From Candidatus Solincola quzhuomuensis (GTDB lineage Bacteria; Actinomycetota; Geothermincolia; Geothermincolales; RBG-13-55-18): DNA of 60,695 bases. The stretch covers positions 1 to 60,695 of the forward strand of contig JACVJF010000004.1 of NCBI GenBank assembly GCA_015711855.1, written 5' to 3'. The notes beneath the pieces were generated by a model that had not been told where the DNA came from, did not search any database, and saw only the letters and a list, made by a program, of their open reading frames with translations. The first letter of the stretch is position 1. The number at the start of each line of letters is the position of its first letter. The translations under genes and the position numbers were made by a program. This document shows, in pieces, positions 26,352-34,823 of this stretch.

Positions 26352-27194
26352 TCAGTAGACCCAGCCCGGGAAGGTACACACGCCGGCCGGCTCCCTGGCC
26401 CGATACATCTCTATGCCCCTCCAGGGCTCTCCCAAGATGCCGTCGTGTATGGCCCAGGCCCTCCCCCGTACCGACTTCTCCATGCCCGGACGGCGGAAAG
26501 GGGTGCTCCCGTCCAGCTTCTCGTACAGTTCACCGCCCGGTTGGAAGCCGGCGTGGATCTCCTCCATCCTTCGCTTCCCCCTTATATAGTTGAAGCCGTA
26601 ATACTCGAAGATTATGGCGGTGTTGTAGGTGAGAGGCTCGGCGATGACCATGTCCTGACCCATGGCGATGACGAAGTCGCGGGCCAGGGGCACGAAATCT
26701 TTGAGCAAGCGGAGGCCCCGGCGGACCTGGCCGGGGGCCAAGCCCGCCTCCATGGCCCTGATCTCCTCGGGGATGTTGCGTCGCACGGTGGCGAACTTGG
26801 TACGCCTACCCGTCTCGTCCACGTCGGTGTCGAAGCGGGGACTGCGGGGATCGTTGATGATGAGGAAGTTGATCTCGATCTTAAAGAAGGGGGTGTCCTC
26901 GATCTCCAGGTAGAAGATGCAGTCCCGGTCGTCGGGGTTCTCCCGCACCTCGATGACGGCGAAGGTGGACTGGGGATGAGCGGTTATCTCCACCACCCGC
27001 TCGCCCTTCGGGTTTTGGAAGGTCTCCGGGTCGATGCCGAAGAGACCGAAGACCTTGTCCGGTACGAGCATCCCGTAAAGCCTGTCCTTGACCTCCTTTT
27101 CCAGTTGGTTGAGATCGTGGATGTTGCGGTGGGGGGCGTTTCCCGCGAGGGCACGGAATCTTTCCGCAAATTCCTCGGACACCCGATCATCCAT
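26352..27194 (-). CDS. Conserved hypothetical protein (possibly GNAT-like fold)
   Basis: Well-formed globular 280-aa ORF overlapping the GMC gene stop; function not recognised. Confidence 0.7.
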   Translation of the reverse strand: MDDRVSEEFAERFRALAGNAPHRNIHDLNQLEKEVKDRLYGMLVPDKVFGLFGIDPETFQNPKGERVVEITAHPQSTFAVIEVRENPDDRDCIFYLEIEDTPFFKIEINFLIINDPRSPRFDTDVDETGRRTKFATVRRNIPEEIRAMEAGLAPGQVRRGLRLLKDFVPLARDFVIAMGQDMVIAEPLTYNTAIIFEYYGFNYIRGKRRMEEIHAGFQPGGELYEKLDGSTPFRRPGMEKSVRGRAWAIHDGILGEPWRGIEMYRAREPAGVCTFPGWVY

Positions 27195-28740
27195 GTTCCG
27201 AGCCCTTTTTCCCGTCCGGCGAGAGCCTCTCGTCTATGAATCCGGCGATGCGCACGGCCATGGCCATTATGGTCAACTGGGGGTTCACTCCCGGCGAGGA
27301 GGGCAAGATGCTCCCGTCGCATATGTAGAGGTTCTCCACGTCCCAGGTCTCGCCGGTGGGACGGACCACCGACCACTCCGGGTCGTCTCCCATGCGGCAG
27401 GTGCCCAAGGGATGGTAGGCGCTCATACCGTAGAAGTCGGTGACCTTCACTCTGGATCGCTCCAGGCGGCGGAGGTCCCTAACGCCGTTCAGTTCGTAGT
27501 GCCCGGCGATGGGGGTGAAGACCTTGCGGGCCCCTGCAGCGAACCATATCTCCGCCATGAGCACCACCGCCTCCTTGGCCTTCTGCACGTCACGCCCGCG
27601 CAGGAGATAAAGAACGGTGGGGCGGTCCCCCGGCCGCCGCAGGTCCAGCACCCGTCCCTGCGAATCGCTCTCGGACACCATACCCCCGAATATACCCATG
27701 TTGGGATATTTTTCCATAAGGTTGGCATGCTTCCTGCCGGCGAAGGGCAGGGCTAGGGCGTGTATCTCGGGGGGGACCGTACCCCCCTCCAGCATTATGC
27801 CCTCGCCCCGGAACTCGTCCACGTAGCAGGCCTGCGGTATACCCCGCGGCGGTCCGAGGTTCTCCTCGAAGAGGGCTACCGTCTGGACCGCGGGATGGAT
27901 CTGCAGGTTGCGGCCGACCTGGCCGCTGGAATTGGCTAAACCCAGGCGCAGCAAGAGATAGGGAGTGTAAACGGCCCCGCAGGCCAGGACCACCACCCTG
28001 GCCGCCACGCGGAGCCTTCGGCCGGTTGGCGCTCCGGAGGCGGGGTCCAGGAAGAACCCCGATACTCCGACGGCGCGCCCTCCGTCGACCTCTATGCGGT
28101 CGATGCGGCATCCGGAGTATACGTCTGTCCCGAAGCGGACCGCGTCGGGGATGAAGGAGACGTCCACGCTCTGCTTAGAACCTGAAGGACAGCCGAAGAC
28201 GCACGACCCGAAGCCCTCGCATTCCTTGGCGTTGCGAGGTAGCCATCCGCAGGATAGCCCCAGCCTTTCCGCTCCGGCGAGGAAGGTGGTAGCCACCTTG
28301 CCCGCCACCTCGGGGTCGGCTCTCTTGACGAAGAGATATTCCTCCAGATGCCCGTAGATGAGGTTGAGCTCGTCCTCGGTCACCTCCCGGAGACCGTAAG
28401 TCATCTGCCATTTCTTGAGCACCGGCCGGTAAATGCGCAGGGCGGTCCCCGAGTTGATGGTGGTCGTGCCGCCTACGGTCTTTCCCAGAGGGAGGATTAT
28501 GAAGGGGAGGCCTAAGGTCACCGTCTGTCCGGCATCGCGGTACATCCTGATGTAAGCCTCGGAAGGACGGAGATTGAAGTCATCGCGGGTGAAGTAATCC
28601 CCTTCTTCCACCACCACCACCGAGTGGCCCTCGGAGGACAGTTCGCGCGCCAGGGGTCCGCCTCCCGCTCCGGAGCCGACGATAACCACGTCTACGGCGC
28701 GGTCCACGTCCGATAAGACCTCCCGGGAGCGGAAGATCAT
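27187..28740 (-). CDS. GMC family FAD oxidoreductase
   Basis: GSGAGG, GGTTTINSG, C.G.G.C.FGC..G.KQS, HPLGTCRMG and GVNPQLTIMA motifs. Confidence 0.92.
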   Translation of the reverse strand: MIFRSREVLSDVDRAVDVVIVGSGAGGGPLARELSSEGHSVVVVEEGDYFTRDDFNLRPSEAYIRMYRDAGQTVTLGLPFIILPLGKTVGGTTTINSGTALRIYRPVLKKWQMTYGLREVTEDELNLIYGHLEEYLFVKRADPEVAGKVATTFLAGAERLGLSCGWLPRNAKECEGFGSCVFGCPSGSKQSVDVSFIPDAVRFGTDVYSGCRIDRIEVDGGRAVGVSGFFLDPASGAPTGRRLRVAARVVVLACGAVYTPYLLLRLGLANSSGQVGRNLQIHPAVQTVALFEENLGPPRGIPQACYVDEFRGEGIMLEGGTVPPEIHALALPFAGRKHANLMEKYPNMGIFGGMVSESDSQGRVLDLRRPGDRPTVLYLLRGRDVQKAKEAVVLMAEIWFAAGARKVFTPIAGHYELNGVRDLRRLERSRVKVTDFYGMSAYHPLGTCRMGDDPEWSVVRPTGETWDVENLYICDGSILPSSPGVNPQLTIMAMAVRIAGFIDERLSPDGKKGSEHG

Positions 28741-29177
28741 GGCCTCCCCTCCCGGGGTGGAAGTGGGCGGTCCCTGGTCACCACGCGGAGGTTAGCCTCC
28801 TCCTTGAGTGCCCGAGGGTCGAAACCGAGGGGCACGGAGACCTCCGGGCGCCGGTAATAGGACATGTAGAGGGGCATTCCCGCAAGCAAGGCCACGCCGC
28901 GGAGGAGCGGGTTGCGGGAGCCCATCAGGCGATTGAGAAGCTCTTGCCTCCTTTCCGGTGACAGCCGGGAGAAGGTCCTACCCGTGCGGATGACGGAAAG
29001 TACGCGGAGGGTTAGGAGGCAGACCCGATAAAGCGGCATCAGTTCCGGAGCTCCCGCGCGGAAGTATACTTCCAGGAAGGAGAGCTGTTCCTCCAGGTCG
29101 GGAGGGGGAAGCGAGGTGGAATCGCCCAAGAAAGCCTCCGCGATCTCCCGGATCCCGGATGGGGGAAAGGAGCTCAC
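28737..29177 (-). CDS. Small partner protein of the GMC oxidoreductase (gluconate 2-dehydrogenase subunit 3-like)
   Basis: F..LS.ERR..LL and YY..PEV...LG motifs; 4-nt overlap with the GMC gene. Confidence 0.65.
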   Translation of the reverse strand: MSSFPPSGIREIAEAFLGDSTSLPPPDLEEQLSFLEVYFRAGAPELMPLYRVCLLTLRVLSVIRTGRTFSRLSPERRQELLNRLMGSRNPLLRGVALLAGMPLYMSYYRRPEVSVPLGFDPRALKEEANLRVVTRDRPLPPREGRP

Positions 29178-29645
29178 CGCCGACTCACCACCTCACCGTA
29201 AGCATCGCCCGGCGTATGTCCCTCAAGCGGCACGTTTCCTTCCTCCTCACCGACGACCCTAACGGCGTACGGTCGCGCTCTCTTCCGGCGATCTGTGGGA
29301 AGGACTCGTCGCCTTGCGTACATGGAATCGTGGCCGCGTGGACCGTGGTCCTCAATCCCGTTCGATTCAGAAAATCATTCTACCATATCGAGTGTCCTCG
29401 AGGCCGCTACGGGAGCGGGCTTGCGACCGCGCCGTTCAAGAGAGCGCAGGATTAAAGCGGGGTTGCGGCTCCATGCGGTAGGGTCGGGTTTTTCGAGTCC
29501 TATGTCTTGCCGTGATACCGCGAACCGGAAGTTAACCCTCGCCGCAGGCGGGCTTTATACTGTAGGAGAATCGAAGTTCTTGGCGTGAAGCGGGAAAGTT
29601 TTCCGCTCCCAGAGTAAGGAGCGGGGATGTGCGGATGAGAAGGGG

Positions 29646-30569
29646 GTGTTCTCCTTGACCGGAGAGAGGGGCAGAGGCGGCTCGTTCGCCAGGACGGATC
29701 ATCGTTTCCGGGTGGGCAGGCTACGTTGTGCCGCCTGGTTGTACGTTCCGGAGGGAAAGACGCGGCCGCCGGTGGTGGTCATGGCCCATGGTTTCGGGGC
29801 CCAGAGGGATTTCGGTCTGCAACCCTACGCCGAGAGGTTCGTCTCCGAGGGTATGGCCGTTTTCCTCTTCGACTACAGGAATTTCGGGGCCAGCGAGGGA
29901 AAACCCAGGAACTTGGTCAACCCTTGGCGTCATCTCCGCGACTGGAAGCACGCCGTCTCCTACGTGCGTTCCCTGAAGGAGGTGGACGGCGGCCGGATAG
30001 CTCTCTGGGGCTCCTCTTACAGCGGAGGGCACGTGATGGTCACCGCTTCCCGGGACCCGGAAATCCGTGCCGTCTGCGCCCAGGTCCCCTTCGTGGACGG
30101 CATCTCCTCGGCCGCTTACACCGGATGGAGACATGCCTGGCAGGCCACGGTAGCCGGTCTTCGGGACCTGGGTAGGGCTATTACTTTCCGGGAACCTTAC
30201 AAGGTGCCCATAGTCTCCGACCCGGAAACCTTCGGTATAATGAACACCCCGGAGAGCAAGCCGGGATACCTGGCATTGGTCCCGGAGGGGAGCGACTGGA
30301 AAAACGAATGCCCCGCACGTGCGGTCCTCGAGCTCCTGTTTTACCGGCCGGCGACCCGGACGCGTGAGGTGCGATGCCCGGCGCTGATCGTCCTCGGGGA
30401 GAAGGATTCCCTTATCCGGCCCAGGGCGGTGGAAAAAGCGGTCTCCCGGATGCGGGAGGTGACCATCGTCCACCTTCCCGTGGGGCATTTCGACGTCTAT
30501 ACCGGCGAATGGTTCAATAGGGTGGTCGCCATGCAGGCGGATTTCCTCCGCCGCCATCTGGAAGGCTGA
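29646..30569 (+). CDS. Alpha/beta hydrolase
   Basis: HGFG, FDYRNFGASEG, nucleophile motif WGSSYSGG and C-terminal GHF. Confidence 0.9.
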   Translation: MFSLTGERGRGGSFARTDHRFRVGRLRCAAWLYVPEGKTRPPVVVMAHGFGAQRDFGLQPYAERFVSEGMAVFLFDYRNFGASEGKPRNLVNPWRHLRDWKHAVSYVRSLKEVDGGRIALWGSSYSGGHVMVTASRDPEIRAVCAQVPFVDGISSAAYTGWRHAWQATVAGLRDLGRAITFREPYKVPIVSDPETFGIMNTPESKPGYLALVPEGSDWKNECPARAVLELLFYRPATRTREVRCPALIVLGEKDSLIRPRAVEKAVSRMREVTIVHLPVGHFDVYTGEWFNRVVAMQADFLRRHLEG

Positions 30570-30788
30570 AGTCCGCTGCCTTCTGCGTGGATTTTTCGCC
30601 GGACGGCGGCGGCCCGGCGGTCGTGCGGCGAGGCGTTGTTTCCGAACCGAGCGATTGGCCTCCCGTGTGGAAAAAAGCGATGCGCGGAGAGACCCTTCGG
30701 GTCGTGCCCGTATAGAGCCGCCGATCGGGAGTAGGCATGGACCCCGAGATTCTTTACAGGGGAGGGGAAACCCCTTAAAATACGAACG

Positions 30789-30804
30789 GAATGACATGTC
30801 ATTC
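30789..30804. promoter_or_regulatory. Perfect 16-bp palindrome, probable TetR operator
   Basis: GAATGACATGTCATTC, 60 nt upstream of the TetR gene. Confidence 0.7.
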
Positions 30805-30864
30805 AGTTTATTGGATAGGACCATACCGCTTCATAGCATGTGTCCACGGCTGCAGGAGGGGTGA

Positions 30865-31476
30865 ATGGCGGATAGAACCCTGGTCGATCGAAGGCGCAGC
30901 GAGATCATCGAGGCAGCCCTGGAAATATTTGCCGAAAAGGGTTATCACGCGGCCAAGATAGAGGATATAGCCGCCAGGTTGAAAATAGGCCACGGGACTT
31001 TCTATCGCTATTTCAAGAACAAGCTGGACATCTTCAACCACGTGGTGGAGGACATCATCGCCCGGGCCACGGAGTTCGTGTCGGACATCGATCCTCGAGA
31101 GCCGGATACGCTGGAAGAATATCGCGAGCAGCTGGAACTTATAGGGGACCGGCTCTTCAGCCTCTTCAAGAGCTACCCGCAGATCTCACGGGTGCTCTTC
31201 TACGAGGCCTTCGGCATAGACGACGCCTATATGCAGAAGAGGATAAGGGAGATATTCGACCTTTTCGGCGATTTCACCGCCATGTATCTGGAGAACGGAG
31301 TGCGCAAAGGTTATCTGCGAGGGGACCTGCATATCCGGGAAACCGCTCTGGCGGTCAACGCGGCACTCTTCGAGGCCTGCCGGAGGGTGGTCTCCTCGCC
31401 GGACCCGGAGCGGGCGGTGGTGATATGGAAGGAGACGGTCATTAACCTCATGCTGGAAGGGATCAAGGCGCGGTGA
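30865..31476 (+). CDS. TetR/AcrR family transcriptional regulator
   Basis: IIEAALEIFAEKGY...IA......GTFYRYFKNK HTH. Confidence 0.95.
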   Translation: MADRTLVDRRRSEIIEAALEIFAEKGYHAAKIEDIAARLKIGHGTFYRYFKNKLDIFNHVVEDIIARATEFVSDIDPREPDTLEEYREQLELIGDRLFSLFKSYPQISRVLFYEAFGIDDAYMQKRIREIFDLFGDFTAMYLENGVRKGYLRGDLHIRETALAVNAALFEACRRVVSSPDPERAVVIWKETVINLMLEGIKAR

Positions 31477-31638
31477 GGGAACGGCTTGCCGTCTCGGGGA
31501 GAAGGGTACATGGGGTTGGGTTCGGAGCGGTAGGACGGCAAACCGGGCGCTTTCCGTGGCCGGAGGCGCGGAAGGGAGTACCCCTTAGATACGCCCGAGC
31601 TATATAGGTTCGGCCATCGACATGACGGGAGGTGGAAG

Positions 31639-32757
31639 ATGGTACAGGTGGACGTTTTCTGGAGCTACGGGATCGGTTCCAGTTTTGCCTTGGCCGCGTT
31701 CCGGCAGCTCCGGAGGCTGAAGGTGGAAAACGAGGTCCGGCGGTGGAAGCTGGGGTGGAAGGAGTGGCCGGAGGTACCCGAGGGGGGAGATGCCCCGGAG
31801 GCGGAGCTGATGCCGGCGGGCCTCAGTCGAGAGAACCACGTTGCTTTCCAGGAACTGGTAAAGGAACTCAAGGCCAACGGGCTGCGTCCCGGCAAGGTGA
31901 CCTTTAGGGACCTGGGGAAGGTGGTAAAGGTGGTGAGGGGCTGGGCGGAGAGGTACAGCGACGCCTTTCATAACGAGTATTTCCTCAAGAACCTGCTCTT
32001 CCTCTCGCTGCTCTTCGTACCCTCGGGAGCGGTCCTCTTGTGGTCCAATCCCAACTGGGAGACCATGCAGGTAGGGAGCTATGAAACCATTCCTCAATGG
32101 CTGGTGGGCATATTCACGACCACCAACGTGACGCAGGGGATCCTGGGTTTCCTGGTCACCTACGAGCTCCTCATGAAAGGTAAATATTACCAAGCAGCCT
32201 TACAGACCGTTCTGGCCTACCTGGGGTTTTTCTTCATCCTCGCCAATGGCTGGGACAACCGGGGATACCAGCGCTTCTTCTCCAAGAACCGGGAGGCCTT
32301 CGAGGACTGGAAGTGGACCAACGCCCTCCGTTGGTTGGGATCGGACGTGGTGGCCATACTCCTTGTTTACGGGGCCGCCTTCCTGCCCCTCATGTACTAC
32401 TGGATAACCAAATGGCTCATGGAGGGGCGGGAACTGGAAAAGGGCGGTGCCGCGGAGGTGGACCTTTTCGAGAGGCTTCCCGAGGCGGCCGAGTTGTTCG
32501 CCTACGAGAACATCTCCATCTTCGGGGGGACCCTGGGGCCGGCGGTCCTGGCCACTTTCCTCATCCGTCGGCTGGGTTGGGGCAAGGGCCTGGCCCTGAC
32601 GGCGGCGGCCACGGGGCTGATGCTCAGCAAGTGGGGCATGGGACCAGCGATGTGCAAGCGTTTGATGGGTGTGGATTCCTTGGAGGACGTCCCCGTGGAG
32701 GAGATGGTGAGGCGAGCCCTGGAGGAAAGCAGGGAACCGGCCCGGGTCGGTTCCTGA
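31639..32757 (+). CDS. Hypothetical integral membrane protein
   Basis: Multiple TM segments, MVQVDVFWSYGIG N-terminus, P.WETMQ and GWD..GYQRF motifs; GGAGG RBS. Confidence 0.75.
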   Translation: MVQVDVFWSYGIGSSFALAAFRQLRRLKVENEVRRWKLGWKEWPEVPEGGDAPEAELMPAGLSRENHVAFQELVKELKANGLRPGKVTFRDLGKVVKVVRGWAERYSDAFHNEYFLKNLLFLSLLFVPSGAVLLWSNPNWETMQVGSYETIPQWLVGIFTTTNVTQGILGFLVTYELLMKGKYYQAALQTVLAYLGFFFILANGWDNRGYQRFFSKNREAFEDWKWTNALRWLGSDVVAILLVYGAAFLPLMYYWITKWLMEGRELEKGGAAEVDLFERLPEAAELFAYENISIFGGTLGPAVLATFLIRRLGWGKGLALTAAATGLMLSKWGMGPAMCKRLMGVDSLEDVPVEEMVRRALEESREPARVGS

Positions 32758-33055
32758 GCGGCGCGGCCACGGAGTCGGCTTCGAGCTGGCCGAATCGGTA
32801 CCCGGCCGGCGGAGAGGGTTACGAATGGAGGAGGGATGGCGCTCTTGCGCCTTCCCTCCTGCATTTTCTCCACCTTGATCCGAGAGGTAAAGCGGGCCCT
32901 TACACCCGGCTTATCGACGCGCTGCGTCCGGAAGTCGTGCAAACCGATCGGTGGCGTGGATAAAATGGAGGCGTAGAAAACTCGTGTTCAAGCTTTCAGG
33001 CGATTTTGCGGTACGGGAAGAACGCCTCATGACATCGATGCCGGGGTGAGAGGTC

Positions 33056-33970
33056 ATGGATTGCTGGGGAGAATTCACGGCGCGCCTCAGATGGCGGCGA
33101 GCGTGGATGGTACTTCTGCCCGTCTGGGTGATCGTCTTTTGTTCCCTTTTTTTGGCCGGGCCTCCCCGTAAGGAGCCGTCAGCCCTTTCGGTTTCCGGAC
33201 CGGGAACCCGGACGTCTGTATGTGCCGGCGACCGGGAGGAGGCGGGTTCCATTTCCGGGGAATCGCTGGAGGGGGCATCGACCGCGGCCGATCATACCCT
33301 TACCGGCATATACGCTTTCTCGGGTACCGGAGGGGGGACGAACGTTGAGGACGTTCGGTCTCGGGAAGAGGCGGGGACAGGGGTCGATAAGAACCGGACG
33401 CTTATGGAAGACTTTCTCCAGCCCGGGGACATACTTCTCGGAAGGTGTCGCCTGAGCCTGGTTCCCTCCATCAGTCCGGGTCGGGGCTGGACCCACGCCG
33501 CCATATACGCTGGAGACGGGAAGATCGTGGTGGCTTCCAACCCCTTACAGGACGTGTTGATGACTTCGGTTCGATCGTGGGAGTATCCCCACATGACCTG
33601 GGTAACCTGCCTCCGGGTTACCTCCGCCACGCCGGAGGAAAGGAGGAAGGCGGCCGAGTTCGCCAAGGGTAAGGTGGGAGCTCCCTACGACCTTAACTGG
33701 TTTTCCGCGCAGGAAGACGGGCCTTCATGGTACTGCAGCGAGCTGGTATGGGCCGCCTATGTGCAGGCCACGGACGGACGGGTGAATCTGGAGCCCGGCT
33801 TGGGTGCCTTCGGCGTCTCTCCGGACGATATCTACAACCATCCCCAAACGGCGGTCGTGGGGGGACATTACGAGAGTAAACCGGATACCATCGTATCCCT
33901 GTTGGCCAAGGCGTTCACGCTTTGCGCCATGTTCGGCACGGCTACGGTGATCCTGGGCAGCCGAGGCTGA
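33056..33970 (+). CDS. YiiX/YebB-like permuted papain-like (NlpC/P60) protein
   Basis: LQPGDILL, HAAIY, G.PYD and YCSELVW.AY motifs; N- and C-terminal hydrophobic segments. Confidence 0.82.
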   Translation: MDCWGEFTARLRWRRAWMVLLPVWVIVFCSLFLAGPPRKEPSALSVSGPGTRTSVCAGDREEAGSISGESLEGASTAADHTLTGIYAFSGTGGGTNVEDVRSREEAGTGVDKNRTLMEDFLQPGDILLGRCRLSLVPSISPGRGWTHAAIYAGDGKIVVASNPLQDVLMTSVRSWEYPHMTWVTCLRVTSATPEERRKAAEFAKGKVGAPYDLNWFSAQEDGPSWYCSELVWAAYVQATDGRVNLEPGLGAFGVSPDDIYNHPQTAVVGGHYESKPDTIVSLLAKAFTLCAMFGTATVILGSRG

Positions 33971-34010
33971 GTCGAGGCGGAAGGAGGAGAAGTCGCGGAA
34001 AGGAGCGCCC

Positions 34011-34787
34011 ATGCAGGTCGAGGTGGAAAAAAACGGCAAGGTCTTCACGGTGATCATAAACCGGCCGGAGGTCAAGAACGCCATAGATTACCGGACCTCC
34101 CGCATGCTTGCCGACGCCTTCCGGGCTTTTGAGGCCGACGAGGGCGCACGCGTCGCCGTTCTGTGGGGTGCCGGAGGCACCTTCTGCGCCGGGGCGGACC
34201 TCAAGGCCCTGGCCACCGATCCCCTACAAGAAGCACTGCGTTTGAACGAGGACATGAGTGCCGATGGTCCCCTGGGACCCACGCGCATGCTCCTCGGAAA
34301 ACCGGTAATCGCCGCCATTTCCGGATATGCGGTGGCCGGTGGGTTGGAATTGGCCATATGGTGTGACCTTCGCGTGGCGGAGGAGGATGCCGTCCTGGGC
34401 ATCTTCGAGAGGCGCTTCGGCGTGCCCCTCATCGACGGCGGGACCCAGAGGCTCCCGCGCCTCATAGGCATGAGCCGGGCGCTGGATCTCATCTTGACCG
34501 GCCGTCCGGTGACCGCGGAGGAAGCTCTGTCCATGGGCCTGGTGAACCGCGTGGTTCCCAAGGGGCGGGCCCGGGAAGAGGCGGAGAGGCTTGCCGCCCA
34601 GCTGGCCGAGTTCCCCCAGGTGTGCATGCGTAACGACCGGCTGGCGGTATATCGTGGGATAGGCCTGACCTTCGAGGAAGGTTTAAAGCTGGAGTTCCGT
34701 CTGGGTCTGCAGACCTTGGAGAGCGGGGAGTCCGTTGAGGGAGCCACCCGCTTCACGCGAGGGGAGGGAAAGCACGGAGAATTCTGA
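34011..34787 (+). CDS. Enoyl-CoA hydratase/isomerase
   Basis: FCAGADLK, AGGLELA.WCDLR and FGVPLIDGGT.RLPRLIG motifs. Confidence 0.93.
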   Translation: MQVEVEKNGKVFTVIINRPEVKNAIDYRTSRMLADAFRAFEADEGARVAVLWGAGGTFCAGADLKALATDPLQEALRLNEDMSADGPLGPTRMLLGKPVIAAISGYAVAGGLELAIWCDLRVAEEDAVLGIFERRFGVPLIDGGTQRLPRLIGMSRALDLILTGRPVTAEEALSMGLVNRVVPKGRAREEAERLAAQLAEFPQVCMRNDRLAVYRGIGLTFEEGLKLEFRLGLQTLESGESVEGATRFTRGEGKHGEF

Positions 34788-34823
34788 GGGTCGCGGGCGG
34801 GCCTTGCCGCGGCGGTCGCCGTC

